Part shown: positions 1 to 8,996 of the stretch, one piece after another
Numbering within the stretch: the first letter of the stretch is position 1
Layout of the letters: each line of letters starts with the position of its first letter
From: Atopobiaceae bacterium UBA5363
GTDB lineage: Bacteria > Actinomycetota > Coriobacteriia > Coriobacteriales > Atopobiaceae
DNA length: 64,000 nucleotides
Direction: 5' to 3'
Assembly (NCBI GenBank): GCA_002407925.1
Contig: DHPN01000030.1
Coordinates: forward strand, 3,209-67,208
The notes under the pieces: generated by a model
Databases searched by the model: none
Seen by the model: the letters and a program-made list of their open reading frames with translations, nothing else
What the model was told of the DNA's origin: nothing
Program-made: the position numbers and the translations under genes

Positions 1-1
1 T

Positions 2-646
2 AAGTACTACAAGACGGACCAAGACCTCATCGACGACATCGCCGTGGCCTACCGTGTAGTTATCGACGAGCTGTACCAGGCGGGTTGCCGCAACCTGCAG
101 TTTGATGACTGCACCTGGCCTATGACCGTGGACAAAAGCGCCCCTGAGATGTGGGATACCGACGAGGCGGGTCTTAGAAAGGTCCGCGAGAAGCTGCTGT
201 GCGCCAACAACCTCGTCCTTGAGGGGCTGCCGGCAGACCTCACGGTCAACACCCACATCTGCCGGGGCAACTTCCACTCCACCTACGCCTGCTCAGGGCC
301 CTACGACGATGTGGCAGACTACGTTTTGGCGCGCGAGCACGTCCATGCGTTTTTCCTTGAGTTTGACGACGAGCGCTCAGGAGGCTTCGCCCCCCTTGCC
401 AAGGTGCCTGAGGACAAGCTGGTGGTGCTGGGGCTCATCACGACGAAGTCAGCGGCCCTTGAGGACAAGGACGCCGTGATAGCGCGCATCTCCCAGGCAA
501 AGGCCTATGTACCCCTTAGGCGCCTGTGCTTAAGCCCTCAGTGCGGCTTTGCCTCCTGTGAGATCGGCAACAAGCTCACAGAAGACCAGCAGTGGGCGAA
601 GGTGCGCCTGGTGCGTGACATTGCCAAAGAGGTGTGGGGGGAATAA
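2..646 (+). CDS. Cobalamin-independent methionine synthase II family protein (C-terminal part; runs off the left edge)
   Basis: Frame is open from base 2 (KYYKTDQDLIDDIAVAYR). Contains LQFDD, the Zn-ligand motifs HICRGN and LSPQCGFAS, and ends ...EVWGE. Confidence 0.9.
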   Translation, partial: KYYKTDQDLIDDIAVAYRVVIDELYQAGCRNLQFDDCTWPMTVDKSAPEMWDTDEAGLRKVREKLLCANNLVLEGLPADLTVNTHICRGNFHSTYACSGPYDDVADYVLAREHVHAFFLEFDDERSGGFAPLAKVPEDKLVVLGLITTKSAALEDKDAVIARISQAKAYVPLRRLCLSPQCGFASCEIGNKLTEDQQWAKVRLVRDIAKEVWGE

Positions 647-700
647 CGCTTTGCAGGCAGGGAAGAAAGTCCTAGGTAGATAAGGCTAAGTGAACAAGCG

Positions 701-733
701 GGAGGCTCTGCCAGCGAGCGTGGCAGAGCCTCC
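701..733. terminator. Hairpin between convergent genes (probable terminator)
   Basis: Perfect 13-bp stem GGAGGCTCTGCCA/TGGCAGAGCCTCC with a 7-nt loop. Confidence 0.7.
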
Positions 734-758
734 TTGTGTCTAAAGGCCAATGCTGTAT

Positions 759-1955
759 CTAAAGACCAATAGCCTTGAGCGCTTGGTCAAGATCGGCAAT
801 GATGTCATCAGGGTCTTCAAGGCCGACGCTGAAGCGGATGAACCCCTTGCGGAATTTCTCTGGATAGAGGTCGATACGCTCGTCGTAGCTGGGCTGAGGG
901 AAAATGAGGCTCTCGTCATGGCCGAGAGACACGGCAAAGGTCACAACTTTCAGCTGCGCGCAGAATTGCTCAACAGCCTTGTCATTGGCTTTGAGCCCAA
1001 ACGAGATGACACCGCCGTAGCCGCCAGGCATCTGCTTTGCTGCGAGCGTATGGCCTGAGTTACTCGGAAGGCCGGGATATGAGACGAAGGTGACATTGTC
1101 GCGGCTCTCCAGCCATTCGGCTATCTTTTGCGAGGACTTGTTGATTCGCTCCATACGGAGAGGGAATGTGACTGCCCCGCGAAAGATCTGCCACGCATTG
1201 AAAGGGCTTATGACGGCACCGACATTTACTTGGGCCTCATAGCGTATGCGGTCCATCGTCTTGAGGTCGTTGGAAACTATGGCACCGCCTTGAGCATCGC
1301 CGTGCCCGTTGATGAACTTCGTAAGGGCGTCTATGACAAAATCTGCGCCGAGCTCTAGCGGGTTTTGGTTCAAAGGAGAGGCGAAGGTGTTGTCCACGGA
1401 CAAAAGGGCGCCGTTTTCGTGCGCGATGCGTGCCACCTCTGCGATGTCAGTAATGCCGATCGTCGGGTTGTCTGGCGTTTCGACATGGACGAGCTTGGTG
1501 CCGGGAGTGATCGCCTTCTTTACTGCCTCTAGGTCCGTCATGTCGACCATATGGGTGTCAACCTTGAACTTGCGGTTGAAAAGCTCATGGAAGAGACGGT
1601 AGACCGCCATGTAACTCACCTTGGGATAGACGACGCGGTCGCCTGACTCGAGCAGGGTCCAAAACAAGGCGTGGAGGGAGCCAACGCCGCTTGCTAGTAC
1701 AATCGCGTCATCTGCCCTGTACAAGGAGGCGATCTTTTCTTCAAGCCAATGCTGGTTTGGGTTTCCGTTTCTCACATACATGAGCAGGTCTGTCGAGGAA
1801 TAGTTGACTTTGGAGAGGTCGTTTGGCAGCTTGTAGCTGTTTGCCATATGGAGCGGACGTCTGACGGCCCCGGTCTCCTTGTCATAGTCTGTCCCCGTAT
1901 GTATTGCGCGTGTGCTGATGTCATAGTCGCGGAATCGATCTTTCTTTTTTGCCAT
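759..1955 (-). CDS. PLP-dependent trans-sulfuration enzyme (cystathionine gamma-synthase/lyase family)
   Basis: TRAIH, YVRNGNP, ETPDNPT, VDNTFASP, LTKFINGHGD (PLP lysine), VSLG, IRFSVGLE. Confidence 0.9.
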   Translation of the reverse strand: MAKKKDRFRDYDISTRAIHTGTDYDKETGAVRRPLHMANSYKLPNDLSKVNYSSTDLLMYVRNGNPNQHWLEEKIASLYRADDAIVLASGVGSLHALFWTLLESGDRVVYPKVSYMAVYRLFHELFNRKFKVDTHMVDMTDLEAVKKAITPGTKLVHVETPDNPTIGITDIAEVARIAHENGALLSVDNTFASPLNQNPLELGADFVIDALTKFINGHGDAQGGAIVSNDLKTMDRIRYEAQVNVGAVISPFNAWQIFRGAVTFPLRMERINKSSQKIAEWLESRDNVTFVSYPGLPSNSGHTLAAKQMPGGYGGVISFGLKANDKAVEQFCAQLKVVTFAVSLGHDESLIFPQPSYDERIDLYPEKFRKGFIRFSVGLEDPDDIIADLDQALKAIGL

Positions 1956-2108
1956 TGCTCTGCTCCAATCGGTGAGACGACAAAGGTTGCTGAAAAGCTC
2001 TCATTCCTATCGTTCTGGTATGATTATAGAAAACAAATCGTTAAATATGGCATTAAGGGAAAGATTTACCTAACAACGACATGCCAGAGGGCTGCCCCGG
2101 CGCCTTTG

Positions 2109-2291
2109 CTATGTGCTTTTTCCTTTTGGCTTCTTGGGGCCTTTTGGCAGGCGGCCAGATTGTCGTAGTGCTTCACGCAGGATGAACTCTACCTGTGCGT
2201 TTGTGCTGCGCATGTCATCTGCCGCCCATTTCTCCACAGCATCCCATATGCCAGGATCGATTCTCAGCGGATATTGCTTTTTTGCTGCCAT
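2109..2291 (-). CDS. Arc/ribbon-helix-helix DNA-binding protein
   Basis: KKQYPLRIDP...WAADDMRSTNAQVEFILREAL pattern; sits directly downstream of the SPFH gene, a common pairing. Confidence 0.85.
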   Translation of the reverse strand: MAAKKQYPLRIDPGIWDAVEKWAADDMRSTNAQVEFILREALRQSGRLPKGPKKPKGKST

Positions 2292-2303
2292 TCCTGCCTC
2301 TCG

Positions 2304-3320
2304 CTATCCCTGGTACAAGGTCCCCGTGTTCACAACAGGCTTTGCGTCTGACTCACCACAAAGTATTACCATGAGATTAGAGGCCATGGAGGCTTTCTTA
2401 TCCTCGTCAAGCTCGATGGTGCCCTCAGAGGAGAGCTGCTCGATTGCCATATCTACCATAGACACAGCGCCTTCTACGATTTTCTTGCGAGCGGCAATGA
2501 TAGCCTCTGCCTGTTGGCGGCGTAGCATGGCCTGGGCAATTTCCGGCGAATAGGCCAAGTGCGTAAGGCGCGCGTCATCCACAGCCACGCCAGCGGGTGC
2601 AAGCCTCCTTCCGAGCTCTGCTCTCAGCGCGGCAGAGACCTCCTCGATGTTCGAGCGTAACGTAATGGTCTCTGTGCTGTTGTCCGAGGTATCTTCCATA
2701 TGATCATAGGCGTAGGCGCTTGCGACATGGCGCAACGCCGTCTCGGCCTGCATGTCCACGAACTGTTCATAATCGTCTACATCGAACACCGCCTTGGCGG
2801 TGTCTGCCACATGCCATACAACGACATTGGCGATTTCAATGGGGTTTCCCATCTTGTCGTTCACCTTCAGGTGCTCGCCGTTGAGCGTGCGTGCTCGCAC
2901 AGAGATCTTGCTGGCGTCTGCACGCCTTGATCGACTCGAAGGGCCTCTCTTTTCGGCTGGGGTAGAGTTGTCTGTGGAGGCCAGCGCACCTCCAAGGTTT
3001 TTTGAGTAAAACGGGTTCGACCATCGTAGGCCCTCGCTGCGAACGGTTCCCTCATATTTTCCGAAAAGCACACAGACACGCGCTTGACCTGGTTGCAGGG
3101 TGAAAAAACCTCCCGTGAGAATGCTCGCAAGGATCAAAAGGACAAAGAAGGCAACCATGCCGATGATGGCTGTCATCGGATAGGGGAGCCCCCACTCGTC
3201 ACAACGAGAAAATGTCATAACGGAGCCGACGAAAAGGGCGGCGGAGAGCGCATACATCACGATTACGGCAAAAAGCATGGCCCAACCGCTTAGAGAGTAA
3301 CCTTTCTTCTCGATGCTCAT
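2304..3320 (-). CDS. SPFH (band 7) domain membrane protein
   Basis: Two N-terminal hydrophobic segments, KVNDKMGNPIEIA, HLAYSPEIAQAMLRRQQAEAIIAAR. Start moved to ATG 3320 behind AAGGA. Confidence 0.9.
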   Translation of the reverse strand: MSIEKKGYSLSGWAMLFAVIVMYALSAALFVGSVMTFSRCDEWGLPYPMTAIIGMVAFFVLLILASILTGGFFTLQPGQARVCVLFGKYEGTVRSEGLRWSNPFYSKNLGGALASTDNSTPAEKRGPSSRSRRADASKISVRARTLNGEHLKVNDKMGNPIEIANVVVWHVADTAKAVFDVDDYEQFVDMQAETALRHVASAYAYDHMEDTSDNSTETITLRSNIEEVSAALRAELGRRLAPAGVAVDDARLTHLAYSPEIAQAMLRRQQAEAIIAARKKIVEGAVSMVDMAIEQLSSEGTIELDEDKKASMASNLMVILCGESDAKPVVNTGTLYQG

Positions 3321-3388
3321 CGAGATCCTTTCTCTCAAGAATCGATACACTAGATACTACGGGGGATCCGCAGCGTCTCACATCTCAG

Positions 3389-3417
3389 ATTGTGATATCA
3401 CAATGATATATTGTCAA
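3389..3417 (-). promoter_or_regulatory. SPFH-Arc operon promoter with palindromic operator
   Basis: TTGACA (3417-3412), N17, CACAAT (3394-3389). A perfect 16-bp palindrome ATTGTGATATCACAAT (3389-3404) overlaps the -10. Confidence 0.65.
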
Positions 3418-3564
3418 ATGCAACCACGTTTGCAGCAATAATTTGCCTTGTTGGATCAATCATCTGTCTTGTGTATGAAGTGAACATAAGATAGCTAACC
3501 AGGAGTTTTAGACCTCAGGAACCAGATCAAACGAAAAAGCAAAGAGAGATGAAAAGAGGAAAAC

Positions 3565-4425
3565 ATGGCATTTAAGAGCTCACTTAGCCTCAATGATGGC
3601 AGGAAGATGCCACGCCTTGGCATGGGTACTTGGTATTTGGGGCAAGGGCTACATCCCCATGACCAAGAGCTCGCTGCACTGCGGACAGGCCTTGATGCGG
3701 GGATCCGCCTCATCGACACTGCGGAGATGTATGGAGACGGCGCTGCAGAGAGCCTTGTGGGCGAGGCTATCTCAAATTGTCGCCGCGAGGACCTGTTCAT
3801 CGTGTCCAAAGTCTATCCACACAACGCCGGCATATCCCACATCTTCGACAGCGTCGATGCCACGCTTTCGCGCCTGGGAACTGACTATCTGGACATGTAC
3901 CTTCTCCATTGGCGTGGAACGATTCCTCTTGCAGAGACTGTTGAATGCATGGAGGAGCTTGTTAGGCAGGGCAAGATTTGCGGTTGGGGGGTGTCGAACT
4001 TCGACACGTCTGACATGAGGGAGCTCTGGGACATACCAGGCGGCAACCACTGCGCCGTGAACCAAGACCTCTATCACTTGGGCTCTCGTGGTGTGGAGTG
4101 GGACCTCCTGCCCTGGATGCGTCAGAAAAACCTGCCACTTATGGCATACTGTCCGCTCGCGCAGGCCGGCACGCTTCGCAAAGGACTCCTTGAAAGCGAG
4201 GCGGTGCGCGAGGTTGCCTCAGCACATGGCATAAGTCCCACACAAGTCCTGCTCGCATTTGTGCTCAGAGACGAGAATGTGATCGCCATTCCTCGAAGTG
4301 CCAGCCCAAGGCACGTGCTAGAAAATGCCGCCACAAGGGAAGTCGAGCTGACAGCGGAGGACTTGTCACTTCTCGATTCGGCATTTCCCGCGCCTACGGA
4401 AAAAGTTCCCCTAGAGATGGAATAG
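3565..4425 (+). CDS. Aldo/keto reductase (YeaE-like)
   Basis: LGMGTW, IDTAEMYGDG, SKVYP, DYLDMYLLHW, WGVSNF, AYCPLAQAG. Confidence 0.92.
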   Translation: MAFKSSLSLNDGRKMPRLGMGTWYLGQGLHPHDQELAALRTGLDAGIRLIDTAEMYGDGAAESLVGEAISNCRREDLFIVSKVYPHNAGISHIFDSVDATLSRLGTDYLDMYLLHWRGTIPLAETVECMEELVRQGKICGWGVSNFDTSDMRELWDIPGGNHCAVNQDLYHLGSRGVEWDLLPWMRQKNLPLMAYCPLAQAGTLRKGLLESEAVREVASAHGISPTQVLLAFVLRDENVIAIPRSASPRHVLENAATREVELTAEDLSLLDSAFPAPTEKVPLEME

Positions 4426-4488
4426 CTCGACGCATCCTCACGGATGGTACGGATCTTGCTGCTTTCATATATGCGGGTGACTCGCTAG

Positions 4489-4790
4489 CCAAGTCTTTTG
4501 GTTTTAGATGAGGCGACAGCCGGCCTGGATCCTCTTGCCCGTGACGAGGTGCTTGAGGTCCTCAAAGGCTAGTTGGGTCTTCTCTGCGTTGGCGGAGCTG
4601 CCTTGTTGAAAGACGCAGGTATAGGTATTCTTTCTGAAGGGGCGCCTGTACTGGCAGATTTGCTTGGACTGTTCATATCAGCTCTTGCGGGGGGCGCCAT
4701 AACGATCCTTATGATGGCCTTCGTGCTGCCTTTTGTGGCAAAAATGGAACTTTGCTTGCGTTCTCCCTCGGCATATATGCAGCCTCAGCT
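4489..4790 (+). pseudogene. Remnant of ABC transporter ATPase (Walker B/D-loop fragment) followed by a permease-like fragment
   Basis: 4489-4572 translates PSLLVLDEATAGLDPLARDEVLEVLKG between two stops. A hydrophobic in-frame stretch follows (LLGLFISALAGGAITILMMAFVLPFVAK). Right boundary approximate. Confidence 0.7.
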
Positions 4791-4867
4791 CAGGTGGCAA
4801 AGCGGCTTTACGCACGACGTGAGCTTTAGCTGCTCCAAGTTTGTGTGCAAATCTGGAGTAACGATAG

Positions 4868-5968
4868 CTATCTTGTCGAATACGTGGGAGGTACAAGAGC
4901 CCCTGCAACAGCATTGCCGACTTCAGCAGTTGATGAGGACCCGCCAAGATCGACAGTCAGGATCTTTCCACGCACAACAGTTTTGATTGCGTCGATGACA
5001 GCTTGCGACCAGAGAGGAATGCCGAGAAAATCAAGCATCTGGGCTACTGACCAAATCGATGCAAGGGGGTTCGCAATGCCCTTTCCTGCGATGTCTGGGG
5101 CGGACCCGTGGATTGGCTCGAACATGGAGGGATGTGTCCTTTCAGGATTGAGGTTCGCGCCTGCTGCTAGGCCCATGCCCCCCACGATTGCAGCTCCTAA
5201 GTCTGTAAGGATGTCCCCGAAGAGGTTGGACGTGACAACAACCTGAAAACGACTTGGGTTCTTGACGAAGTTCATCGCTGCCGCATCGACTAGCAGCGAT
5301 GAGGTCTTGACGTCTGGAAATTCTTTGCCAACCTCATCGAAGATCTGATCCCAGAATACCATCGAGTAGTTCAGGGCGTTTCCCTTACTGATGCTAGTGA
5401 GTGTCTTGTGTTGCTTTTGCGCTAGCGTATAGGCATAGCGAATGATGCGCTCACAGCCAGTTCGCGAAAAGACGCCCGTCTGCAAGACGACTTCGTTTGG
5501 CTTATTCTTATACAGCCATGCTCCAGCACCAGCGTATTCCCCTTCACTGTTTTCACGTATGACGGTCATATCAATGTCTCCACTCTGTATGCCTTTGAGA
5601 GGGGTGATTGGCCCATGAGCGCCTTCGAGGAGTTTGACAGGTCGTACATTGACGTATTCGTCGAACTCTTTTCTGATCTTGAGCAGCAGACCCCAGAGAG
5701 AGATGTGATCGGGAACACTCGGCGCGCCGACAGCACCAAGGTAAATAGTATCAAAGCCCTCGAGCTGCTCTATGCCGTCATCCGCCATCATTTTGCCCGT
5801 CTTTAGGTAATACTCACAGCCCCACGGAAAATCATTAAATTCAAAATGAATTGACCCATCGAGCTCTTCTACTTTTTTGAGAATCTTAATTCCTTCTGAG
5901 GTCACTTCTGGGCCGATTCCATCTCCAGGAATCACTGCAATTTTAAAAGTGCTCGTATCTGTGTTCAT
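4868..5968 (-). CDS. Tartrate/D-malate dehydrogenase (isocitrate/isopropylmalate dehydrogenase family)
   Basis: IAVIPGDGIGPEV, VPDHISLWGLLL, RENSEGEY, NLFGDILTD, MFEPIHGSAPDIAGKGIANP. Confidence 0.88.
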   Translation of the reverse strand: MNTDTSTFKIAVIPGDGIGPEVTSEGIKILKKVEELDGSIHFEFNDFPWGCEYYLKTGKMMADDGIEQLEGFDTIYLGAVGAPSVPDHISLWGLLLKIRKEFDEYVNVRPVKLLEGAHGPITPLKGIQSGDIDMTVIRENSEGEYAGAGAWLYKNKPNEVVLQTGVFSRTGCERIIRYAYTLAQKQHKTLTSISKGNALNYSMVFWDQIFDEVGKEFPDVKTSSLLVDAAAMNFVKNPSRFQVVVTSNLFGDILTDLGAAIVGGMGLAAGANLNPERTHPSMFEPIHGSAPDIAGKGIANPLASIWSVAQMLDFLGIPLWSQAVIDAIKTVVRGKILTVDLGGSSSTAEVGNAVAGALVPPTYSTR

Positions 5969-6181
5969 ATCAGTTCCTTCCGTGATGTTGCTGTAGGTAC
6001 CTATTTCTACGTGCCAAACTTAACTACAGCAGAGACATATCACTGTTATGTTATAAGCTACTATGCATAGCAGCATTACGGTGTGCTGGCTATTTGTTTT
6101 GTTTAATGGGGTTGCGAGATGCAATATTGACAGACTTTACTGTAGGAAATGTGCTTGGCATACCCTATGAATTGAAACCGT

Positions 6182-7096
6182 TTAGAGTGCGCCGTCTGAT
6201 AAGTTTTTTGTGATGACAACATTACGCTTTTGCTTAGCTTGATAGAGCAACTTGTCTGCAGCAGGAATAAGGGCAGGCGCTGTACCAAGTGAGTGGATGC
6301 CTCCACAGCTGATAGTTATATGTAATTCTGGATGGACTTTGAATCTAAGGTTTTCTACGGCGGTGCGCATATCCTCAAGTCTTTTGGTAAAGGTTTCTGT
6401 TGGTATTGAAGGGAATACAACAATAAACTCGTCCCCTCCATAGCGCGCTACTATGTCGGTAGGTCTTACATTTTTCATGAGCGTCTCCGCGACGTCGGTA
6501 AGTATAGCATCTCCGTATGGATGACCGTAGGAATCGTTCACACGTTTAAAGTCATCGATATCAATCATTGCAACGCCTTGAACAGGAATATACGCGAGCT
6601 GCTCGTCATAATAGCGGCGGTTGTACGTTCCTGTTAAAGAGTCTGTATACAGCTCTTCGTTGCTGAGCTCAACGAGCTCGATAAGGTTCTCATTATCCCG
6701 GACGTCGACCCGTACGCCACTGTACACTTCTGAGATAGCCTCGATAGCATGGGGGCTGCCCTCTACTTCCACATATGAGGCCATAACATAGTATATGTCG
6801 TCGCTAATTAGTTCGAACTTTGAAGCACGTTCCTTGGTTTTCATCACCCGTCGTGATATGCAGTTTGAGCATCGGTGATCTTTGCCCCATATCTCATAGC
6901 AAGCTCCGCCTTTGATGGGATAAAGCCCAAATTTTCCTGCATGCAACTCACATGTCTCTATTGGGTTAACAAGTCTCACTACATCGAAAAAGGTTGACAG
7001 TTCGCGAAGGCGAATCTTGAGACCTTCGAAAGTTAGAACATGAGGATCAGTACTATCATTTTTGTCTGTGAACGTATCCATGGGCATTTGCACCAT
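6182..7096 (-). CDS. Diguanylate cyclase (GGDEF) with Cys-containing N-terminal domain
   Basis: DSLTGTYNRR, DIDDFKRVNDSYGH, RPTD I-site five residues before GGDEF. Start could be 7096, 7087 or 7081. Confidence 0.9.
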   Translation of the reverse strand: MVQMPMDTFTDKNDSTDPHVLTFEGLKIRLRELSTFFDVVRLVNPIETCELHAGKFGLYPIKGGACYEIWGKDHRCSNCISRRVMKTKERASKFELISDDIYYVMASYVEVEGSPHAIEAISEVYSGVRVDVRDNENLIELVELSNEELYTDSLTGTYNRRYYDEQLAYIPVQGVAMIDIDDFKRVNDSYGHPYGDAILTDVAETLMKNVRPTDIVARYGGDEFIVVFPSIPTETFTKRLEDMRTAVENLRFKVHPELHITISCGGIHSLGTAPALIPAADKLLYQAKQKRNVVITKNLSDGAL

Positions 7097-7132
7097 CGGT
7101 ATCTTTTGGACTTTGAGTCCTATGTTGGCAAA

Positions 7133-7498
7133 TTACTCGGGTAAAATCTCAATCCAGCAGCCATCTGGGTCTGCAATGAAGTAAAGACCCATAGCTGGGT
7201 TTTCGTACACGATACAGTCCATCTGCTTGTGAAGTCGATGAAAGGCCTCATAGTCATCGACGCGGAATGCAATGTGCGTGTCTTCGCCGCCGTTGTTGTA
7301 GGGTTTGGTCCTTCCTCGATTCCATGTCAGCTCAAGCTCAAAATCAGAGTCAGATCCTGCCAAAAAAGCAATGACCCAGCTGCCGTCTTCGGGTCCCTTG
7401 CGCCGAACCTCATGCATGCCAAGCGCTTTTTTGTAAAAGTCGATCGTTTTGTCGAGATCGAGGACGTGCGTATTCCTATGGACGATGCGTGCTTTCAT
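7133..7498 (-). CDS. VOC family protein / lactoylglutathione lyase
   Basis: HRNTHVLDLDKTIDFY, ELELTWN, HIAFRVDD, YFIADPDGCWIEI. Confidence 0.85.
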   Translation of the reverse strand: MKARIVHRNTHVLDLDKTIDFYKKALGMHEVRRKGPEDGSWVIAFLAGSDSDFELELTWNRGRTKPYNNGGEDTHIAFRVDDYEAFHRLHKQMDCIVYENPAMGLYFIADPDGCWIEILPE

Positions 7499-7666
7499 AG
7501 CAAGCTCCCTGCAAACAAATTGCTATGCCTTCTGTTGCAAACACAAGCATATAGTACATGTACCCGATCTTGACATGTGTTTCTTATCGGTAGTCGCAGG
7601 CTTATTTCATGGTTATGGCGGTAGAATAAGCGCTGCTGTACACGAATCGATCAGGAGGAGCCTTTC

Positions 7667-8905
7667 ATGAAGAGCTTCGATGCCACGCTTCAAAGCGAGC
7701 AGCTCAATGAAGAACTTGACATCATTGTTTATGGCAATGTCGGGGTTCCTCTTGTCGTGTTTCCGACGTTTGACTTTTCTGCTGGCAGTTGGGAGACAGG
7801 CGGCATGGTTGATCGCCTTTCTGAGCTCATTGATGCTGGAAAAATACAGCTGTTTTGTACTGATTCGGTTGATGGAGAAAGCTGGTATGCACGTAATTCG
7901 GCCCTTGACTATCGTTCCGAACGGCAGGAAGCCTACTTTTCCTATGTTATTGACGTTCTTGTTCCCTACATTGCCAGACACAGCACCTCAAGTACAAAGC
8001 CTGTGGCAGTGGGCTGCGGAATAGGAGCAACCAATGCCACAATAGCTGTTTTGAGACGGCCCGAGCTCTTTGGTGGCCTGTTAGCCCTTTCAGGAATCTT
8101 TGATGCGCGTTTCTTCTCCGCAGGGGCCACGAATGACCTGTGGTTGGCCAACTCTCCGCTTGACCTCACCTACCAGCTCGATGACAAGCAGCTTGAGCTG
8201 CTAAAGCATCTTCCATTGGCATTGCTGTGCGGCCAAGGGCGCGGCGAAGATGCCGTGGATACTATGAGGGCTTTCGAATCTCGATTTCATGATCTTGCGA
8301 TAGATGCAACCTTTGAATACTGGGGCTATGATGTAACCCATGATTGGTCATGGTGGCAGGAGATGGTCAGTCAACTTTTGCCAGAGCTGATCAGGCCAGC
8401 GGGGCTGGCCCATCGGCGCTACCTAGCTGTCAAGAGCTCCTATGATGCTGAGCTGCAGAACCTCAAAGAGGCCGAGAAGCAGGCAGAGCAAAGCAAGCTC
8501 AAGGAAAGCCGGGCAAAGAAGCGTTTGGACAAGGAGACTGAAAACATCTCCCAAAAGTCTGAATTGGCACAGGAGGCGGCAAAAGCTGCGAATGCGGCTT
8601 GGAAAAAGCGCAATACAGTTGCAGCTCGCCTTGCCGCTCTTGATAAAGAGGCAGGAGCTTTGCAGGCTGCAGCCGATGCGGCGGCGAAGGCACATGCGGA
8701 TGCCAAATGGTTTGCAGGAGAGGCACGCAGCGAATATGAAGACGCTCACTTGGCTTTCATAGATGCTACTGAGCATACAAAAAGCGTCCGCAGCTCCGTT
8801 CAGGCTATCGAAAAAAAGTGTAAGGATTTAGAGACTGCCGTACACGCAGCTGAGTCAACTGCTGAGGCTCACCATAAGGCAGTCCGTAAGAGAACAGGTA
8901 TATAG
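7667..8905 (+). CDS. Esterase-family alpha/beta hydrolase fold (nucleophile Ser apparently absent) fused to an Ala/Lys/Glu coiled coil
   Basis: VYGNVGVPLVVFPT, IQLFCTDSVDGESW, GCGIG elbow, LALSG, VTHDWSWW; the last ~160 aa are heptad-like. Confidence 0.8.
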   Translation: MKSFDATLQSEQLNEELDIIVYGNVGVPLVVFPTFDFSAGSWETGGMVDRLSELIDAGKIQLFCTDSVDGESWYARNSALDYRSERQEAYFSYVIDVLVPYIARHSTSSTKPVAVGCGIGATNATIAVLRRPELFGGLLALSGIFDARFFSAGATNDLWLANSPLDLTYQLDDKQLELLKHLPLALLCGQGRGEDAVDTMRAFESRFHDLAIDATFEYWGYDVTHDWSWWQEMVSQLLPELIRPAGLAHRRYLAVKSSYDAELQNLKEAEKQAEQSKLKESRAKKRLDKETENISQKSELAQEAAKAANAAWKKRNTVAARLAALDKEAGALQAAADAAAKAHADAKWFAGEARSEYEDAHLAFIDATEHTKSVRSSVQAIEKKCKDLETAVHAAESTAEAHHKAVRKRTGI

Positions 8906-8996
8906 ACTGCTCTTAAGACCTGTTGGCTGTCGCACAAGCCAGGGGTGATAGTATACGGGCGGTGTTTTATCCAAACGACCGAAGGGCAACACGTCT

